Source: Octopus bimaculoides
Lineage: Eukaryota
DNA length: 39,639 nucleotides
Assembly (NCBI RefSeq): GCF_001194135.2
Contig: NC_068992.1
Location: forward strand, 3,632,884 to 3,672,522
Direction: 5' to 3'
A program made the position numbers and the translations under genes. This document shows positions 34,362-39,639 of this stretch, one piece after another. The notes beneath the pieces are model-generated. The model saw only the letters and a list, made by a program, of their open reading frames with translations. It did no database searches and was not told the DNA's origin. Position 1 is the stretch's first letter. Every line of letters starts with the position of its first letter.

Positions 34362-34945
34362 CAGCGTGCGATGGATAAATTGTCGCTATTTTATATTTTT
34401 AATTTCACGCATGCGCATTGTTTGTTTTTCATTTTGTTGACTACACAGTATGGTAGGGTTAGTTGGGCACCGACTGTGAGAAAAAACAGCACCATGACAC
34501 AATTCAATCAGCCAGAAATTTATAAACGACATGCTTTACTGCTTAGCAATACACACCGGAAGCTCCAGTGCGAAGATTTCAGAGTTTTGGGGTGTCAATC
34601 TGAGGACATGTACTGAGAGTGAAAAAAATCAAACATGCAGTCAGCATCATGGTGTTTGGAGTGACCAATAGAGATGGCGACGTTATGCATCCATTCACCT
34701 TCCTACATGGCCTCAGCTTCAACACGGAGGCCTACATCAAGTGCCTGGAGGAAGTAGTACCGCACTGGGTGAAGAGGGTGGCTGCTGGAAGAGCCTATGT
34801 ATGACAACAGGACTCTGCACCCTGCCACACAAGCAGGAGAACCCAGGAATGGCTATCAGACAATTTCTGTGACCACATCACTCCTGACATCTGGCTACCC
34901 AACTCCCCAGACTGTAACCCCCTGGATTATTGTGTGTCGCACAGT
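34362..34945 (+). mobile_element. Internally deleted Tc1/mariner DD37D (maT-type) transposon remnant
   Basis: TA|CAGCGTG left end; ATG at 34494 (MTQFNQPEIYKRHALLL…GVNLRT), then a jump to KHAVSIMVFGV…AYV*QQDSAPCH…WLPNSPDCNPLDY. There are 37 residues between the D of QQD (34811) and the D of LDY (34925); TGG>TGA nonsense at 34802. Confidence 0.9.
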
Positions 34946-34953
34946 TGAGGAAG

Positions 34954-34981
34954 ATCATCATCATCATCATCATCATCATCA

Positions 34982-35029
<48 letters not shown>

Positions 35030-35043
35030 TCATCATCATCATC

Positions 35044-35075
<32 letters not shown>

Positions 35076-35081
35076 CATCAT
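34954..35081. repeat. Compound (CAT)n-(CGT)n-(CAT)n microsatellite
   Basis: Directly visible; truncates the transposon remnant. Confidence 0.95.
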
Positions 35082-35612
35082 CTGTTTCCATTAACCCTAA
35101 ACCTCCTCTTTTTAAAATCATGCCTTGTAATTATCCGTAAAAAAAAACAAAAACGGACAGAACTTTCTCTATCATCCAAATATAACAGATCTCTGTTTTA
35201 CTCTGGTTAAAAAAAGAAGAGAGGAAAAAACAATCGAAAACAAAGCCAAAAATAAAATCGTGATCTTCATGTTTCGTGCCCCCACCCCCAACCCAAAGAA
35301 ACAAAAAAAAAAACGTGAATTTTCCAGAGTTGTTTCAATTGCGATTTGAAACAAGATCATTTCTTGTCTAACACGAGGAAAACTAAAACAATTTATTAAG
35401 CTGATACCGGATATGTTAAATAGTTTTACTAAACTAAGCCATTATAAGTTAATACCGGATGTGTTAAGCAGTTTTAGTCACCAGATGGCGGTAAATTCCA
35501 TCATCAGATGATAATTGTATATAAACAGTTATGTGCGTGCGTGTATGTGTTTGATTGTGTTTGTATGTGTGTATATGTTTGTGCGAGAGTGGTTGTGTGT
35601 AGAATGTAATTC

Positions 35613-35650
<38 letters not shown>

Positions 35651-35651
35651 A

Positions 35652-35717
35652 GTGGAGGTGCAATGGCCCAGTTGTTAGCGCAGCGGACTCGCGGTCATAG
35701 GATCGCGGTTTCGATCA
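35652..35717 (+). mobile_element. tRNA-derived SINE head (third family)
   Basis: A-box-like TGGCCCAGTTGTT and B-box-like GGTTTCGATC; truncated, with no acceptor-stem 3' half. A probable body of a related family lies at ~36860-37095. Confidence 0.6.
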
Positions 35718-35944
35718 CTTATATATATATATGTCTCTATCTATCTATCTATCTACACGATTATTCATCAGTTTATTTATTGTTTATTATAGTCATCTCT
35801 CTCTCTCTCTCACAGACATATACACTCAAAACGTAAGTATTCGTTTCCCACATGCGAAAGTATATTATATTAATTTAGCACAACTTTAGATTATTGAGTA
35901 CTTCGTATATCTGCCATAAAGAGAAAAATACATATTTCTCTACT

Positions 35945-36118
35945 ATGATACAAGGCCTGAAATTTTGGGACAGTGTTCTACTGCTTATTTTTTCGATCCC
36001 AGGAGGATGAAATGCAAAATCGACCTCGTTGGAATTTGAACTCAGAAAGGGAAAAAAAAGAAAAAAATGCCGCTAAGCACTTTGTCTAGAATACAAACGA
36101 TTCTTCTAGCTCACCATT
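35945..36118 (-). mobile_element. SINE family A, degraded
   Basis: AAATCGACCTCGTTGGAATTTGAACTCAGAA…AATGCCGCTAAGCA…ACGATTCTTCTAGCTCACC. Confidence 0.75.
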
Positions 36119-36224
36119 AGCGGGTGAGGGTTTTGCATATTACAGCTATAATAGCTAAGTTCAGTAGAGAATTTACCCCCATTTTCCAAGACGGTCCAGC
36201 TTCAGGACAAAAAAAAAAAAAAGG

Positions 36225-36800
36225 GGTGGAGAGTGGTATCATCTGTGAAGAAGTGGGTGTCGGTGGGGTTGGCAGCAAGGACATCGTCGATGTTTAGCTT
36301 AAGACTTACCAATGTATGCAACGTGGAATTGGGTGAAAAGTTGACAACAGATATGAAAGCTTTCTCCGCGGGCGTGCAGCTCATAAAAAAACATTATGGT
36401 TGAGACATGGAAGTAAGTCAAAAAGAAGGAGGATTCTGCAAAGTCCGTTTGGTCAGGGATCCACAGGATTTTCTGCAGTTTTACGAGACAAGGATTCTAA
36501 AACTGCAGACAATCCTGTGGAAATATCATCCACGGTTCTGGTGATGGTCTCTCAGGAGTTGTAGTGCTATGTAAAAGCTGTCCAGTTTGTAAGGACAAAA
36601 GAATTTTTGAAAGCATTGTAGATCGTTTAATTAGCCTGAACTATTATGGCGTAACTTTAAGTGAAGCATTTGCGGGTGCTTAGAGAATGTTAGGTTGTGA
36701 GGTTTGGCCGTGTGAGACATGGAGAAGCATGCTTAAGAAGACGGTTTCACAAAGGTTTACTAAGTACTGTCTCGAGCTCTAGGACTCATAAGGCCGGGTT
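36225..36800 (-). mobile_element. Highly degraded CR1/L2-like LINE reverse transcriptase fragment
   Basis: NIDDVLAANPTDTHFFTDDTTLH resembles INDLL…IH.FADDTTLH (YADD motif region); an upstream frame has ARGESF, as in CR1/L2 RT. Confidence 0.5.
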
Positions 36801-37970
36801 ATTCGGTTCTTGTGGCGGATAAGTGACCGAGATCACAACGTTCCTGGGATACCATTCGGTGGTTTCGATTCCCGGACAGGCCGTGCGTTGAGTTCTGAAG
36901 CAAAACATTACGTTTTATGTTGGTTCCGTCCACTCAACTGAAAATCGGTCACACTGCAACGGACTGGCGTTTCCGTTCGGGGAGGATGTTGTTCTGCTCC
37001 GCTTAATCAGCGTGGTGGCTTCATTCGAAAATTACACGAATGCGAGGAAGCGCATTGTGCCCAGCGGTGTTTAACAACATTCGGTAGTCTGCCCAATACT
37101 GTCATACAGTGATACATACATACATACATACACGCACGCACGGGCATACGCACACACACACACACACACACACATACATACGTACATACATGCACGCACG
37201 CGCACGCGCACACGCACGCATACACACATACATACGTACATACATACAGATACATATACAACAGTGTTAATTTCCTAAACACCATTTAGTCTATTTTTCT
37301 ATTCCTCTTTATCGCAAATTGCGCCAATCTGAACTTGTAATTCTTTCTTTGCCTCTGTCTGTCTGTCTCTCAATATATATATATATATATANNNNNNNNN
37401 NNNNNNNNNNNNNNNNNNNNNNNNNNNNNNNNNNNNNNNNNNNNNNNNNNNNNNNNNNNNNNNNNNNNNNNNNNNNNNNNNNNNNNNNNNNNNNNNNNNN
37501 NNNNNNNNNNNNNNNNNNNNNNNNNNNNNNNNNNNNNNNNNNNNNNNNNNNNNNNNNNNNNNNNNNNNNNNNNNNNNNNNNNNNNNNNNNNNNNNNNNNN
37601 NNNNNNNNNNNNNNNNNNNNNNNNNNNNNNNNNNNNNNNNNNNNNNNNNNNNNNNNNNNNNNNNNNNNNNNNNNNNNNNNNNNNNNNNNNNNNNNNNNNN
37701 NNNNNNNNNNNNNNNNNNNNNNNNNNNNNNNNNNNNNNNNNNNNNNNNNNNNNNNNNNNNNNNNNNNNNNNNNNNNNNNNNNNNNNNNNNNNNNNNNNNN
37801 NNNNNNNNNNNNNGTCATTGTCCTCTTCCTCCTCATCCTCCACCTCACCATCGTTATCATCATAGCTATCTTCAATCATAAAACATATATCCTCTTCCCT
37901 TCCTCTTCATCATCATCATCATCACCACCACCGGCTGCAGCACTACCACCAGCACCAGCACCAGCTGGTG

Positions 37971-38330
37971 CAGAAGTGGCTATGCTGTAAGAAGCTTGCT
38001 TTCCAACCACATGGTTCCGGGTTCAGTCCCACTGCGTGGCACCTCGAGCAAGTGTCTTCTACTATAGCATCGGGCCGACCAAAGCCTTGTGAGTGGATAT
38101 GGTAGACGGAAACTGGAAGAAGCCCATCGTCGTATGTATATATGTATTTGTGTGTCTGTGTTTGTCCCCCCCAACCGTCGCTTGAAAACTGATGTTGGTG
38201 CGTTTACGTCCCCGTAACTTAGCGGTTCAGCACAAACGGCCGATAGAATAAGTTCTAGGCTAACAAAGAATAAGCCCTGGGGTTGATTTTTTCGACTAAA
38301 GGCGGTGCTCCAACATGGTCGCAGTCAAAT
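37971..38330 (+). mobile_element. Composite SINE family B, most complete copy
   Basis: tRNA-like head (B-box GGGTTCAGTCCC), CORE-like GGCACCTCGAGCAAGTGTC, TA/TG linker, right half ending AAGGCGGTGCTCCAACATGGTCGCAGTCAAAT. Confidence 0.9.
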
Positions 38331-38419
38331 ATATATATATACACACACACACACACAAATGTCCACACACATACATACACTAATACATACACATATGTAG
38401 ACATGTTCACTCAGAGAAG

Positions 38420-38545
38420 CCAATAAACAAATAGATTGGTTTATGGAGGACACGTCTAAATCAGTCTGACACAAATTAGTTTAACGCAGTGACTGAATGG
38501 ACATTACCGAATAACCGACCTAGAGAGCGACATTGTTAAATTGAT
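38420..38545 (+). mobile_element. Possible degraded RTE LINE C-terminal fragment
   Basis: Frameshifted YGGHV…DTN*FNAVTEWTLPNNRPRER, cf. WAGHV…DNRW..AVTEW.P…RPRGRP. Confidence 0.4.
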
Positions 38546-38903
38546 GTAAATGTTTATAAACACCGTATAAATAGCATGCAGAAACCTCTGAGAATGAACT
38601 GTGAGGAGAAGAGTTCATTGAATCGTTCGGATATTTAGTTATTCATATTGATAGGAAGAGAGGGGGGCAGACATAATGGCCGCGGTTTTTCTCCGTTTCC
38701 GGAATGGCTTTATTATTACTTTCTTATAGTTTATGGCGGAGAAAGGTATTTTGCTCAGGGCTGTATTAACAGCATTATAAACCCACTCCGTTTTGGCGAG
38801 GGTCTTATGCTGAGAACGTGTATTGGAGCCAAAACAGTGACATCGTGAGAGAGTGACTTCAACATTTCTGATATTTCAGTTCACTCACTTACGGATCGTT
38901 TAG

Positions 38904-38998
38904 TTTTGAATTGTACCGTCTATTATGAAGTGCCAAACACTCTCGTCACACACTTCTCCAGCATAATTCCACTGCAGTGGAGTTGTGTCAACGACCAG
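38904..38998 (+). CDS. Candidate exon, unknown protein (LNCTVYYEVPNTLVTHFSSIIPLQWSCVNDQ)
   Basis: Acceptor cggatcgtttag, strong donor CAG|gtacgt; 95 nt open in phase 1 to 0, lying in unique sequence. Confidence 0.35.
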
Positions 38999-39054
38999 GT
39001 ACGTATGGATAAGTGTGGGAGTGCCTGAGTGTACATGTATACATACATATATGC

Positions 39055-39094
<40 letters not shown>

Positions 39095-39146
39095 CAAATA
39101 ATAAATGAGTATATGCATATATACGTACAGGTATGTGCATACCTAC

Positions 39147-39202
<56 letters not shown>

Positions 39203-39639
39203 GCACATATAAATTTATATGGCCAGTTATCTGTATGTGTTTGTATTTATGTGCACACACACACACACACACACACACAAATATATGTATACATACATAC
39301 ATACATACATACATACATACATACATACATACGTACATACATACATATGAATGCTCTTCTTAACTTCATATGTCATTTGCATCAGTTTATCGTCTGCATA
39401 CTTGCTGTGCAGTATTATTTTAGTTATTAATATACAATTCAGATTCTTCTCATGTGCAGTGGCACAGCCACAAAGAATCTGCCGAAATTGGAATCGTTCA
39501 GACAGCATGCATTACCCTACGCTGTGGGTCTCCCATAACACTCCCTCCCACCGTCTCGGTTCTGTCTGTCTCTCTCTCTCTCTCTGTTCCTCGCTCTCTT
39601 TCCATTTGTATGTATATGTATATCATATATATATATATA

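Noticed and set aside
35652-35717. tRNA gene
   Set aside because: It has A- and B-box-like motifs but no complete cloverleaf or acceptor stem; it is a truncated SINE head. The same applies to the family A and B heads.
710-39508. Dozens of long ORFs of poly-I, poly-D, poly-M, poly-H/R, YIYI, CVCV, HTHT or X residues
   Set aside because: They are translations of microsatellites and N gaps, open in several frames on both strands, with no coding signal.

Overview
AT-rich, microsatellite-saturated eukaryotic DNA with 16 assembly gaps (about 6.3 kb of N, ~16%). The repeat families match those I recognise from Octopus genomes; a gappy draft such as O. bimaculoides is plausible but cannot be confirmed here. 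No complete gene or intact mobile element is visible, and almost every long ORF in the track is a microsatellite or N-run artefact. What can be supported is a set of decayed elements. (1) Many copies of two tRNA-derived SINE families that share an internal module. (2) A fragmented minus-strand Helitron (STPR-like 23-aa repeats, Rep motif 2, Rep motif 3 region) with a HINE/DINE-1-like element nested in it. (3) Two R4/Dong-type RLE retrotransposon 3' ends next to (TAA)n. (4) An internally deleted DD37D (maT) transposon. (5) RTE, CR1/L2-like and Penelope-like fragments. A few weak candidate plus-strand exons may belong to an unidentified large-intron host gene. Structural oddities include a ~280-bp palindrome, a 24-bp-stem hairpin and a templated inverted insertion inside one SINE. 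I did not find a convincing new biological system; the findings are leads, not discoveries.
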